From Marsupella aquatica (Eukaryota; Plantae; Marchantiophyta): a stretch of DNA of 64,000 bases. The position numbers were made by a program, and so were the translations under genes. The notes beneath the pieces are model-generated. The model was not told the DNA's origin. It searched no databases and saw only the letters and a list, made by a program, of their open reading frames with translations. Below are positions 47,812 through 59,300 of this stretch, piece by piece. The DNA lies in assembly GCA_973895155.1 (NCBI GenBank), contig OZ316895.1, forward strand, positions 19,140,022 to 19,204,021, read 5' to 3'. Positions within the stretch are counted from its first letter, which is position 1, and each line of letters opens with the position of its first letter.

Positions 47812-50800
47812 TCAAGACTCCTCATCCACAGCACCTACGTAAGTCAAATCATTCCTCCGTATTCTCACCGTCCCTTTAAGCCAAGGGCAAGCTTTCAGAT
47901 TTCCGCCTTCCCCAGGTCCAAGCGCCACACTTCCTGCAATACTCCCAGATCCAACTCCATCTTCCAGCAGTATCCATGGATCTACTTCAACTTCTTGATC
48001 GGACAAGAACAGCGGCTTTGCTTTTCCTAAATTATTGTCCAGCAAATTCTGAGGTTTGGGAGGTACTCCAAAAAGGCCACGTACTAGAATAGAACTAGAC
48101 ACACTCGAGTTAGTTAAAGCATGTACAGAAGGTGAAACTTGAGGAGGGCCGGCCGAGATGGTCAATGGTTGGGAAACCGGTAGCAAAGGCAAAGCTGCTC
48201 TCAGTCGTGAACTTACTGATTGTGGGAGTTGCATATGTTCCAACTCAGCTTGCATTCGTTCTGCAGTCTCACGGTCGAAGGGTGGAACTTCTCGGAGAGG
48301 CTTTGCTGGCCCTTTGGAAGTGGGCCGGGGGGATTTCAGCCAAACAGCCAATGTGCTACTGAGAAGAGCATGTAGAACGCTGAGCAGCCGGTCGAAAAGA
48401 TCCTCTCCAGCTGCTGTGGTAGCTGCAAATGATGAAGCCTCTGCCTTCCTATCCAAATCTCTTGTGCTCACAGATTGTGGTGATTCAACCGTCTCCTGAA
48501 CAACACTTGTACCTAGAAGTCGCAAGAGGACAGGTGCCAGCGTTTGTCGCATATTGCGAGCGGTTGGCTCCCTGTCTGTGTGTATGATAGGTAATAGTGG
48601 TAACAAAAATTGGAGTCGTAGCCACATTGATGTTTGCAAAGCACCAGCAGACAGGCACGACGGATCAGGAGCAGGTGCCAAGCTTTTCCTACCAATACCC
48701 GGACTACCACCCTCAAGTCCACCTCTCGCTCCTCTCCTTAGCCCGGATCCTTTCCCAACCAAAGTCTCCCCGCCAGTAGAAGATGCAGAGACAGATTTTG
48801 GATTGGGCCGTGCAAGTAGAGTTATGTTCTGCTCTAAATTCCCCATTTGTTTGATTAGCTCAAACGCAAACCCGCTGCAAGTATCATTGGAGCTCCGGGC
48901 CAAACAAGGCAATGCTAAATCGGCAAGTGCTTTTTCTGTGGCGAATTGCTCGGATAGCCCCTCATGCTCTGCACCTGCTCCACCGTCCTTTGCAGGATGC
49001 GCACGCCCTTCAGCTACCTCCCCTTCTTCAGGGGAGGCCATTTCTGTCCTCTTCCTCTCCACACTGCCCAGAGCTTCCCGCATATGTCTTGGAGGTCTCC
49101 AACCCCTCATTTTGATCCGCTGAGGTTCAACGGAAAAACCCTGCCGGTTTGCAATATTATCTAGCAGCTGGTGGAGTGATTTGCGACCAAGGAGCATTTC
49201 ATGTCCTTCTAGCACCCACTTCACTTGCAAGATAAGAAACTCTTCCAAATGTCGTCCAAGAGAATGCACAGCCTCTGAATATAACGCAGCAGCATCAGGC
49301 CTTACCAGTAGCCTTGTCAGCACGACCTCAGTGAAAGTTTTCTCACATTCAGAAAGCGCTCTTGTGTCAGAACCTGCTGCTGCAGCTGCGTGAATTGCGT
49401 CCACTGCACTCTTACCCTGAGTCTCAAGTGTTTCTATGAGGACCTGCTCATTTAGTAATAGTCTTAACTCCACCCACTGCCAATGGTACGTAGCTGGCTG
49501 AAGCTCGTCCATCAATTGAACTAGCAGTTCAACTTGTCGGGGTTCATTTGCAAAGCGGTTCTTGACATCAAGTCTCCCCTCACTCCATAGGTCATCCTCC
49601 TGCAACAAACAAGCTGGCAAGCCACGATCCAAGAGCGAATGGAGGAAAAGCCGCGCACGCAACGGTGACAAAGCTGTAATTTTAGAAAACGAATCAAGTC
49701 CTTGCATGTCCAACATGGCCGCATACTCATTCTCCCCTGAGTCTGACGAAAGAAGAAGGTACAATGCTCGAGTATCTCGCAAACAGACATCCCGAAATGG
49801 TTCATGAGCAACAAGATCATTCACGGCACTGATTGCAGCATGTAACACAGTATCCTCCCGACCTGTGGCACTGTTTGGGTAGGCCTGCGATTGTCTCCGC
49901 AAGGCCGCTGCGAAAAGAGAATAGGCTGGAGGAAATATAGTTGTGAGGGGCAATAACCGTTGCATGCGAGCCAGTCCAAGTACATTTGCCTCCCCTAGGA
50001 GATCTGCAACCAGACCACCAGCAACGTTTCGGCAATCTCCGATCAAAACTCGAAACCAATAAACATTTGCCTCTGATACGTGGTCCCGAAAATTGCTGCT
50101 GCCAGTAGCTGACCGTGAAATACCACCTGCAGTTGTTGTTCCGATTTTAGGAATTTGTAAGGTCTCTAAGTTTTCCCTCAACTTCAGTACTGAGACCATT
50201 CTGTCAAGGCTAGTCATGGCCTGGACAGCCACCAATGCTACGAAGGAGGCCGCTGCAGCTGCCGAGATGTGGTATCTCCGTTCACTGCCGGGGACTAAGT
50301 TCTCTGGACCTTCCGGTGATGAACGAAATGCTATTGGCGGGGCCCTTCCAGAAGGATGCTGCATTGCCTGGACTAACACTGAATTTGCCTCACTTGCAAG
50401 AGCAACCTCTATCATACGACTGTGCCGGTCACCTAGTGACTCCTTGAGAAGCCGAAGACAAAGCACGTGCACCTGCAAGACTTGTCTCGCGCATTTCAAT
50501 GAAGATGCTAACCCAGACGCAGAAAGGCCCACATTATTGCTCGCTCCCAAAGTATCATAGACGTTGGCAACTGCTGAACCCGCACTATTGACCAGAAGAC
50601 CAACAGCAGTCGCTACAAGAGCAGAGTCTCCTTGTGGTGCCCCACTTCCATTAGACCTAATGGCATCCATCACACCCCCGACAATCCGTTGTGCATATTG
50701 GTGACCTTCCTCAAACCTATCTATGCCACTATCCCTCAGAGTAGGTGCAGCCCATTCTCTCTCCTTGTTAAGTAACAAAGTCACAGCTTCATTCATACCT

Positions 50801-53800
50801 CGCTGCACAATTTCTTTCATATTACCGCCCACCCTAGCTAAGCGTCCTGTCAATCTTTGAGGTGTTGGATCGTCCCGTTCATCACCGACACCTGAAGAGG
50901 AGATGCCGACCATGCTAAAACCACCTTCGCTGTCCCCAGCTTTCAGAGCCTCAAGCTCTGCACTTAGTCTTTGATCACAAGTAGTTTTCCAGTTCTTTTC
51001 CCAGTTGTGCACACTACTCAAGCCTCCATATTTTTTCAGCAAATCGCAAACATAAAAAAGCAATGCTGAGCATCCGGCCCTCCCACTAGGAACAGCAGCC
51101 ATCAAGGTCTCAGCACGCTGCATGCCTGCTCGTAGTGCTTGGGGAAGCATATCCATTGCGGCAAGGACACCCTCATATCTTCGAAGGTAAGACAAAAGGG
51201 CTGCCTCAGCAACTTCACACACAGAATTGTCTCGATTCCACGAAGGAGTGGAGATGCCTCGGCTGCCATGACCATGAGTGGAGGCAGAAGGCCCTGGGGC
51301 CATCGGCAGAAGCCAAAGTAAAAACTGGACGACAGTGTTAAAGTCTTGGGCCACATCCATTATATAAACTATCACAGCCAGTGCTTCATCGTTGATTTTC
51401 CATCGAACACCACTTCCTCCTGCATCTGCACTTACTGGGGTCATTGTCATTAGCCCAGCTGCCATATTGTTCAAAAGACTCGGGGATCCATTCCCTCCTT
51501 CACTTAGAAGATTGCGGACAACATCATTAAGCCAGCAGGATAGACTTCTCTTCTCACTGAACCGCAAGGATCTAATGGCATTTCCAATAGCACAAATGTT
51601 GTTGCCGGACTGCGATTTGGTTCGTTCCCTGATCTGGGAGGTGCCACTCTGAGCCTCCAAAGCGGACCTATGATGATATGGACAATGGACCTTGGTGTCA
51701 CTTGTCTGACTACTACTGCATGCACCCTGGCTACTCTCAATTCGAGCAGCTGCCAGCTGGGCTAAACTCTGAGTTTTTCGCGCGGTCTTAGGTCTACCTC
51801 TCGTGTTCTGCTTTGAAGAGGGCTTCACCGGTGGCTCCACCTTCACGACATTCACGACATTCACAGTATTCACAGCGTCCAAGGCCTTTTGTCCCTTCCT
51901 TAACCACCACGTGTCCTCTTCGTCGAGGAGGGCAGGCATAAGTACCTGAGGGTTCCAGGCTTTCCCATCACTTTTCTTTGAACGCTTGCTTCTAATGCAT
52001 TCTTCACAGCCTGGGGTGCCTTCCATTTTATCCATACCACTACCAGGCGACACTGCCCGCCCCTTCATCCCTTTGCGATTCTTTGCTCTGGTGCCGTTTC
52101 CAGAAAATTCAACACTGGACTCAGGAAACTGAAATAATGAGGCAATAGCCTGCTTAATTTCAAAAACCCTCATCTTGGGTTTTTTCTCCTTCTTGACTAC
52201 ACCAATGCTCATAGACTCATCTACCTGACTGACCACGCCATCAATCTGCATTTGATCTGCAGCAGAGGTAGCTCCAAATTTGGCATCCGTACTTTTCATT
52301 TTCTTCGAATTGAAACCGTGAAGAGCCAAATACCGCTCATTACGGGTAAGGCGAGTAGCTTCCAGCAACGAGGAGTCACCACTACCCTCCAAGTGCGGAG
52401 GCCCAGGCAGATGCTGCAAAATCAATTTATGCCGAGTAGCCCTCGCACTATCAGCAGCAGTTTTGGTTTTATCCAAAACCCCACTGCACAAAAGCTGCCT
52501 CACATATGCGTCTGGCCAAAACAGCTGTACCCTGACGAGCTCAGAAAGTAGCAACTGCAAATATTCGAAATTTTCCCCCTTTGGCAGTTCGTGTTGATCG
52601 AGCCATGCTACTATGAGGTCATGCATAGGCCCCGCAGATGCAAAGAACCCTGCCCTTGACTGTCTTTCCATCATGAGCTCAGAACCCTGCGATCTCGGAG
52701 GATTCATTCCACTTAAAGCAGAGTCTATGTTCTGATCTCTGTTAACATGGGATGCCGATAGTGCATTGAGCTCCCCACCATTAGACGGCCTCAGGTCCAT
52801 ATTCGCAGGTCTCCGATTTCCAGAATTGGACAATATTTTTCTCTCATCCAATTCTTCCCTTCTCCGGCGGAGTACAGAAACCGCCATATAGACTCTGGAC
52901 ATATCCTTCACCGAGCAAGGTTTCCTGTCATTTGAGCTGGAAACACCTCTGGAGTCTCTAAACTCGCAGACTGCCCACTCGCAGAGAAACCGAATTGCAA
53001 AAAGTTCAGATGAGTTCACATTTCGCAACAGACTCGGAGTCCGACCAAAACCTGGAATGACATCCGCCTGCCATTCATCGGGAACTTGGCAACTGGTACA
53101 GAAGTCCTCGTCAAAAACACAATTACAAGCCCCTTGAATGTCTCCTCCCATGAGTGCTTTGTCTAAGCCCTGTACTACTTTCCCCTCATTATTCCGAAGA
53201 AGTCCAGGAATCACAGCCTTAGCCAGGGACGCAGCTCGACCCTGTATCCCATCAACCACATCCTGAATTATCAGCTCCCTTTCGCTCAGAGATTTTTCAT
53301 TAGAAGATAGGACGGGTATCTCAACTTGACCGGTATTTCTCCCATCGTCTTCAAAATCTGACCCCCGCTGCTCAATGTACCGTAATTGCTTCTTCTCTCC
53401 ATTTCCAGTGGGTAATAAGACGTTTAACAAATTTTCTCTGGGCTGATCAGGGCACACACAAGAGGGAAGAGGAAAGCAATCCAATGCCACGAATGTATCC
53501 GGGACGGTCAGAAGCAGATACCGTATCAGCTCTGTCAAGGTGATAACACTGTAATACAGATGGGGTTGATCAGCGAAATTTGGAAGGACATCTGAAGGGC
53601 AGAGTTTACGCAACCTGTGGACCGCAATATCCACAAACACCCGCACATGCGTCTGGGACAAGGAGATCTCATCTATCAGCTTCAAAATCACGGGAAGCAG
53701 GAGCTCTAGTGCGTCCAACGATTCCTTTTCCTGTAGCTGCTTCAAAACCCAGTCCACGAGCTGTGTTCGGTGTATCAGGCCCTCTGAATGGTGCCACTGC

Positions 53801-54807
53801 GCAAGACGCACCATATACCTCCATTTCGCTTGCAAGTCCACTTCTGCACCATCTCGTCCACCTTCTCCTCCTCCCCCTTGCTGCTGCTGGTTCGCAGAAT
53901 ACAGAGATGTGGATGACTGTCGAGACGCATTACAAAATTCGTCCAGCACGGATTGGGCATACTCGAGGACGTCCTTGGTCCAAAGCTCCACACGCTTGGA
54001 TTGTGACTTGTCAGGCCCTCCGGCAGACATCCCGATTGACAATGGACGCACCTGGTTAAGGTACATAATTTTGACAAACCATGTTGAACGCAGCAAAGGA
54101 ACGTTGTGCTTGATAAGCGTCTCGAAAAGGATTCGCCGCCGGTAGCCATGAGGGACATGCTCAGCAAGGCTCCTCAGCCTCTTCCTCTGAGACAAGTCCT
54201 CAATCCACTTCTTCCTGAAATCCTCTCCGCACGTTCGGAGCTCAGGGAACGAGCCCGGTTTTCCTAATAGCGAGCCAGTGAGAGGTACACCATACACTTG
54301 CCCCGCCTTTCGTTTCCTGATGAGAGCGTTGTTGAGGAGCCGTAGCCGCTTCCTGATTGCCTCTTTGTATCTGTTTGTGTTCTGCTTAGTCCAATAACTG
54401 CTGTAGTTTTGCGAGGTCAGAGACAATTTCACCTCATTTGCCTCTTCAATTCCGTCAATGAGTTCCTTGTAGCCGTTGACGCAGCAATCGCGGTTCAGCA
54501 CCTCTTCGGGACAGTTGGCGGCGGGAGGATAGAAGTCAGGAGGGCCGAAGCGAGCACTCAGCGCATCTTTATCGCACTTGAGTTTATACGGCACAAGCTG
54601 CTGCCCTGCACGCTGTCTGGAAGAAGACGAGAGTCCATACGAGGACGCTGATGAGGACGAGAAACCAGAATCCGATCCCCCTCCTCCCCCGCGAGTCTCT
54701 CGAGATGATAGTCCGCCTCCTCCTCCTCCACCACCCCCTCCGCTACCACTCCCCCCCAGACTGCCACTTCCAATTCCGCTGCTGCCCCCAGCAGCATATC
54801 GGTGCAT
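47812..54807 (-). CDS. MED12: Mediator of RNA polymerase II transcription subunit 12, single 2331-aa ORF
   Basis: MHRY start; PYKLKCDK...GPPDFYP; Med12 domain RLRSLAEHVPHGYRR...NVPLLRSTWFVK; C-terminal VDPWILLEDG...LKACPWLKGTVRIRRNDLTY. Confidence 0.95.
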   Translation of the reverse strand: MHRYAAGGSSGIGSGSLGGSGSGGGGGGGGGGLSSRETRGGGGGSDSGFSSSSASSYGLSSSSRQRAGQQLVPYKLKCDKDALSARFGPPDFYPPAANCPEEVLNRDCCVNGYKELIDGIEEANEVKLSLTSQNYSSYWTKQNTNRYKEAIRKRLRLLNNALIRKRKAGQVYGVPLTGSLLGKPGSFPELRTCGEDFRKKWIEDLSQRKRLRSLAEHVPHGYRRRILFETLIKHNVPLLRSTWFVKIMYLNQVRPLSIGMSAGGPDKSQSKRVELWTKDVLEYAQSVLDEFCNASRQSSTSLYSANQQQQGGGGEGGRDGAEVDLQAKWRYMVRLAQWHHSEGLIHRTQLVDWVLKQLQEKESLDALELLLPVILKLIDEISLSQTHVRVFVDIAVHRLRKLCPSDVLPNFADQPHLYYSVITLTELIRYLLLTVPDTFVALDCFPLPSCVCPDQPRENLLNVLLPTGNGEKKQLRYIEQRGSDFEDDGRNTGQVEIPVLSSNEKSLSERELIIQDVVDGIQGRAASLAKAVIPGLLRNNEGKVVQGLDKALMGGDIQGACNCVFDEDFCTSCQVPDEWQADVIPGFGRTPSLLRNVNSSELFAIRFLCEWAVCEFRDSRGVSSSNDRKPCSVKDMSRVYMAVSVLRRRREELDERKILSNSGNRRPANMDLRPSNGGELNALSASHVNRDQNIDSALSGMNPPRSQGSELMMERQSRAGFFASAGPMHDLIVAWLDQHELPKGENFEYLQLLLSELVRVQLFWPDAYVRQLLCSGVLDKTKTAADSARATRHKLILQHLPGPPHLEGSGDSSLLEATRLTRNERYLALHGFNSKKMKSTDAKFGATSAADQMQIDGVVSQVDESMSIGVVKKEKKPKMRVFEIKQAIASLFQFPESSVEFSGNGTRAKNRKGMKGRAVSPGSGMDKMEGTPGCEECIRSKRSKKSDGKAWNPQVLMPALLDEEDTWWLRKGQKALDAVNTVNVVNVVKVEPPVKPSSKQNTRGRPKTARKTQSLAQLAAARIESSQGACSSSQTSDTKVHCPYHHRSALEAQSGTSQIRERTKSQSGNNICAIGNAIRSLRFSEKRSLSCWLNDVVRNLLSEGGNGSPSLLNNMAAGLMTMTPVSADAGGSGVRWKINDEALAVIVYIMDVAQDFNTVVQFLLWLLPMAPGPSASTHGHGSRGISTPSWNRDNSVCEVAEAALLSYLRRYEGVLAAMDMLPQALRAGMQRAETLMAAVPSGRAGCSALLFYVCDLLKKYGGLSSVHNWEKNWKTTCDQRLSAELEALKAGDSEGGFSMVGISSSGVGDERDDPTPQRLTGRLARVGGNMKEIVQRGMNEAVTLLLNKEREWAAPTLRDSGIDRFEEGHQYAQRIVGGVMDAIRSNGSGAPQGDSALVATAVGLLVNSAGSAVANVYDTLGASNNVGLSASGLASSLKCARQVLQVHVLCLRLLKESLGDRHSRMIEVALASEANSVLVQAMQHPSGRAPPIAFRSSPEGPENLVPGSERRYHISAAAAASFVALVAVQAMTSLDRMVSVLKLRENLETLQIPKIGTTTAGGISRSATGSSNFRDHVSEANVYWFRVLIGDCRNVAGGLVADLLGEANVLGLARMQRLLPLTTIFPPAYSLFAAALRRQSQAYPNSATGREDTVLHAAISAVNDLVAHEPFRDVCLRDTRALYLLLSSDSGENEYAAMLDMQGLDSFSKITALSPLRARLFLHSLLDRGLPACLLQEDDLWSEGRLDVKNRFANEPRQVELLVQLMDELQPATYHWQWVELRLLLNEQVLIETLETQGKSAVDAIHAAAAAGSDTRALSECEKTFTEVVLTRLLVRPDAAALYSEAVHSLGRHLEEFLILQVKWVLEGHEMLLGRKSLHQLLDNIANRQGFSVEPQRIKMRGWRPPRHMREALGSVERKRTEMASPEEGEVAEGRAHPAKDGGAGAEHEGLSEQFATEKALADLALPCLARSSNDTCSGFAFELIKQMGNLEQNITLLARPNPKSVSASSTGGETLVGKGSGLRRGARGGLEGGSPGIGRKSLAPAPDPSCLSAGALQTSMWLRLQFLLPLLPIIHTDREPTARNMRQTLAPVLLRLLGTSVVQETVESPQSVSTRDLDRKAEASSFAATTAAGEDLFDRLLSVLHALLSSTLAVWLKSPRPTSKGPAKPLREVPPFDRETAERMQAELEHMQLPQSVSSRLRAALPLLPVSQPLTISAGPPQVSPSVHALTNSSVSSSILVRGLFGVPPKPQNLLDNNLGKAKPLFLSDQEVEVDPWILLEDGVGSGSIAGSVALGPGEGGNLKACPWLKGTVRIRRNDLTYVGAVDEES

Positions 54808-55961
54808 ATCTCCTCACAAACTCCTGCTCCTCCTCCTCCTCCTCCTCCTCCTCCTCCTACCCCAACAGCACCTCCTTCGGATACTGATGCTCCCTCGTTA
54901 CATGGCCTCGAACATACTGAAGTCCCCGAAGTCACCTGCTGGCTCTGTCCAATCCCACTGCTGCCCCCAGCAGCACATCGGTGCATATCTCCTCAATCAA
55001 CTTCTCCCCACCTCACATTTTCCTCCCCTTGCGCTTCTTTGGCGAGCACTGAATTCTGTCATGAAACTCTTAGGAGACAGCACGAGATCGTGCCTGAGTA
55101 CACAGTGGACCACCTCAGACGACAGTGTGATTTAGCGAGAAAACAGAAGACTGGATTTTTAGGTCTACCTTGCAGTGTCGAGAAGTCGTGAATTTTATTG
55201 ATCCGAGACAGGCGGGGCTTCTCATTCGTTCCCATACGTTGTGGGGGCGACGGCGATACTAGAGGATTGTCTGAGAATCTTTTTTTATCTCGGTCGTCGT
55301 ATTGTATTTTCGACGGCGAGCATTTGCAGTGGGCCCCCTTCTTTGCACTATTATGGGAATGAAAACCATGACAATAAATGCGCTCTACATGTTAGTCCAT
55401 GAAAGGTTGGGTGAATAGTATAATGCGTTGTACATTCCCTGCACGGTAGGGTGAAAACTGAAAAGTGTACCTTACTTTTGTTCTTGTTTACTAGCCGAAT
55501 TGCATGTGTTGCACACAGGCTAGGCAAAAATGTAGAGGTGAAGCAAAGATGTCAAGGCAAGCCAAAAATATATATGCATTGCAAAGAAGTTAAGGAGAAG
55601 CAAGGAAATACAAGTGAAGCAAAGGATATGCTGGCAATACAAAACAATGAAAGTGAGGCAAGGACATTGTTCAGCACTAACATGTGTTGTTGTGACCATG
55701 TTGTCATCATTATCGTAGAATCATTGTAGCCATATTGTGGTTACATCCATGCGGTTGATGCGATGTCGTGACATATAGAGTCGGTAACATAAGATATCGA
55801 GACATGTACCATATGCATCCAGGTAACACAACAAAATAGAAAACCAGAAAGATAATATATGGTTGCCCGTTAACACCAAGATGAAGAAATGCTGGGGCAT
55901 GAAAGTAAACCCCCTATATCCCCCGTGGACCTGAGCATGGAAATGGTCAACAGGCTGAGGA

Positions 55962-56625
55962 TCAACTTGGTGAAGGAGAACAAGAAGGACAGAACCATAG
56001 CCCTTCCGGAACTTGTGGAAGCTCAGGTCGCAAACAAAAGAGATGGTAACCACCGTTGCAATGGTCACACAATAACATCTGCTCAACGTCATCAATCCTG
56101 TGCCACACCTTACAGGGATAATCCACCAGAGGAATCCAAGTAGAAGTGACAATGGTAGGGTCCAAGTTAGGCAAATGACAAGGGGCACAATTCTTAGCAT
56201 GATCTTTGAGGGTACGGCCATCTGCTCCCTGTAACTCCAGCACACCTGAAGGATGGATGTACTTAACCCAGAGAATAATGCAACTGGTGGAGGTATCCAA
56301 TGTGTCACTAGGCTGTCGCTAAAGGTAAACAAAATCACCCACATCAAACTGCCTCACCTTGGGCCTGAAGCTCCCTCCCCGTGTGTGTACATATTTGAGT
56401 GTATCACGATGTTGGGCAATTGCTAGGTTTTCCATAGCCATAGGTATGACTCTACGGAACAAGGCAGCCCTCTTTGATATGACAGTAGACCAGGTTTCCG
56501 TTGAGTCCAAGTCCACCACCTAAAGCAATTGAGAAGCAATAGAAGATGGAGGAACTGGATGCCAACCAAAAAGTAAAAAATAAGGAGAGAAGTTGGACAA
56601 GGAGGCATGATTGGACATGCAATTA
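55962..56625 (-). mobile_element. Gypsy integrase C-terminus with PHD finger, disrupted
   Basis: SPYFLLFG...NLAIAQHRD...FDVGDFVYL integrase tail followed by MLLCDHCNGGYHLFCL...WFCPSC. Confidence 0.85.
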
Positions 56626-59300
56626 AGTGAGAAAATCTTTGTGTAGTCCAAGCCCTCCTTTTGGGTGTACCCTTTGGCCACAAGGCATGCCTTGTAAGTG
56701 TCATCCTGCTTCTTCTTGTACAACCATCTACAGGGAACCAATGTCTTCCCGCGAGGCATGTTAGTTAAGCGCCAAGTTGAATTCTTTTTCAAAGAATTCA
56801 TTTCCTTCAACATTGCCTCCATCCACTTATCCACCCTAAACCCTTCATAGCTAGAGGGGTCTCCATCTTCAGTGAGCAATGTAACATTGGGATCATCGTC
56901 GTGCTCAACTATGTGAACACGAGGATTTGCAAAACCAAATCAATCAAGGGGTTGGGCCAAGATTAGCCCTTGCGAGGCATCTCAGTTGAGGAACTACATC
57001 TCTACCAGAGGGATCAACAACTTCCTCAGCACCATCAAGCTCCACCATAGTGGGTTCCTCCACGTGCTCCCCCTGATTATCCCGGGGTCTTGACAACCAT
57101 TCTTTGTCAAAAACAATATTTCTCCTCACAACTGCCTTGCAATCGACAAGATCCCACAATTGATAGCCCTTCTGCCCAAGACTTTAGCCTAGAAAAATAC
57201 ATTTCTTAGACTTGGGATCCAACTTAGACCTGTGTGTCTGCTCAATGTGAACATAGGCAGCACACCCAAAAACTCGTCTATAGTAATCTGCAGGTCTCTC
57301 ATACCACAACGCAAATGGAGTTTGCATCAACTTACTATTGTGCGGTGATAGATTGTAGGCATATGCAACTTGGTTGACAACTTTAACCCAAAAATTATTG
57401 GACAACTTGGACTTACATAGCATGTTGCGTGCTTTCTCTAGTAATGTCTAATTCAACCGTTCTTCAACTCCATTTTGCTGCGGGGTCTTTGGTATATAGT
57501 GTATTAACGCTTGAGGCCAAGGTCCTAACCAAATTGGTCAAACTCATTGGACTTATACTTGTCATCGTTATTTGACTGAACACACTTCAACTCCTTCCTA
57601 GTTTGTAGCTCCACCATGGCTTTCCACTCCTTGAAGATCTCAAACACTTGAGACTTCTCCTTCATGTAGTACAACCAACACATTCAAGAGTAATTGTCTA
57701 CAAATGTCACTGATAAAATATTTGGCTTCACCCAACGATGGCTTTGGTGCTGGACCCCAAACATCTCAGTGTACATACTCAAGAATCTCATGAGAATGGT
57801 ATGAACTAGAACTGAAACTCACTTTCCTCTGTTTGCCATAGATGCAATCTTCACAGAAAGAGAGTTTACCAGATTTGGCGTCTTGCAACAAATCTCTATT
57901 TGCCAAAGTTGCCTATCCTTTACCACTCAAGTGCCCCAACCGTGCATGTCATAAATCTATGGCTTGTGTGCGACCAAATGTTGAGGGTGCTTCAATTGAA
58001 GTAGTCAAAGATAACTTTGCAGTAGATGCTGCCGCTGTATCCGAACGTTCCACCACAAAATCCACATGCCCCACTCTAGGAGCAATGACATCTCCTTGCA
58101 AGATATATAAATCATTTTGTTGTAGTGCCTTAATCAAAGATACATCACCTTTGATGATAAAAGCGCACCATCACGTGCAGTGAAATGAGATCCACCAACT
58201 TCCAAGGCATCCAAGGAAATCAAATTCTTAGAGATGTTTGGTATATGTTTGGCTTCTGTCAGTTCTTGCACAACACCTAGATCAAACATCCAAAATTTGA
58301 TAGTCCCCATGCCAATGATCGCACATCGAATACCATTTTTATTTCCATAGTACCGTTATAAGGTTGGTAATTGGAGGAATATGATAGCATTGGACATATA
58401 TGATAAGAAGAACATGAACCCCAACGTTCATTTATTGTCATACACAGAATTCACAGCACCAATACATAGCACTCCAACAACATCTTCATTATCAACAATC
58501 ACAATACCAACTGACGATGAGGACGCACCATTGGAAGCAGGATACTTTTGCTTCGACAAAGAAGGACAATTCCACTTGGTGTGGCCCTTCTCATGGCAAT
58601 GCCAATACTTAACTTTCTTACTACGAGACTTAGATTAAATATATCTACTTTGAGATTTAGATCTAGACTAGTCCATAGTACGCTCTGTCGATCTGCCTCT
58701 AACCATTAAGATAGTAGATTCATCTTCACGGTCTGAGAGATGTCACTTGCTCCATTTTGCAAGAACTACCTTCACCACATTCAGCTTCAACGTAGTCTTG
58801 TCAAGTGTGATGATCGTCACCAACGTTGAAAAACTCTTCAAAAGTGACATCAACAAACATCGCAAGGTACTCATCGGTCAACTTATCTTCCGCCATGGTT
58901 ATCTCATGCACAATCTCATCAAAGAGACTCAAATGATCATGCATGTTTCCACCATCCTTCAACTTCAACCTGAATAGTCGCTTGAACTGGTAAATACGAG
59001 TAGTCAACAAAGTACTGGTATAGCTGAGTAAGCGTATCCCAACTCTTCTTGGCGTTCCAATCCATCCCCAACACGTTCTTGAGAATGTTGTTGGCCAAGA
59101 ACAACTCAATTGTACTACACGTCTGCACTGAAATGATCTTCTTGGCATTCTAATCCATCCCCAACATGTTGGTCACCTTCCAAGTCCAGAGGCTGAAGCT
59201 GACTTTCCCGTCAAACTTCTCCACCTCAAACTTTGGCACTGCAAGCTTTTGTGAAGCCATGGATGCTTCCACAAACACACTAGAAACACAAGTACCAAAC
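56626..59300 (-). mobile_element. Degenerate, truncated Copia of the same family as 9838-16195
   Basis: The reverse complement aligns from gag (KFEVEKFDG) to the RT start (AKGYTQKEGLDY). No LTRs seen. Confidence 0.92.

Noticed and set aside
48132-55191. Many + strand ORFs overlapping MED12, and similar antisense ORFs over the PPR gene and LINEs
   Set aside because: Antisense shadows of long coding regions or low-complexity (CCT)n translations; no motifs.
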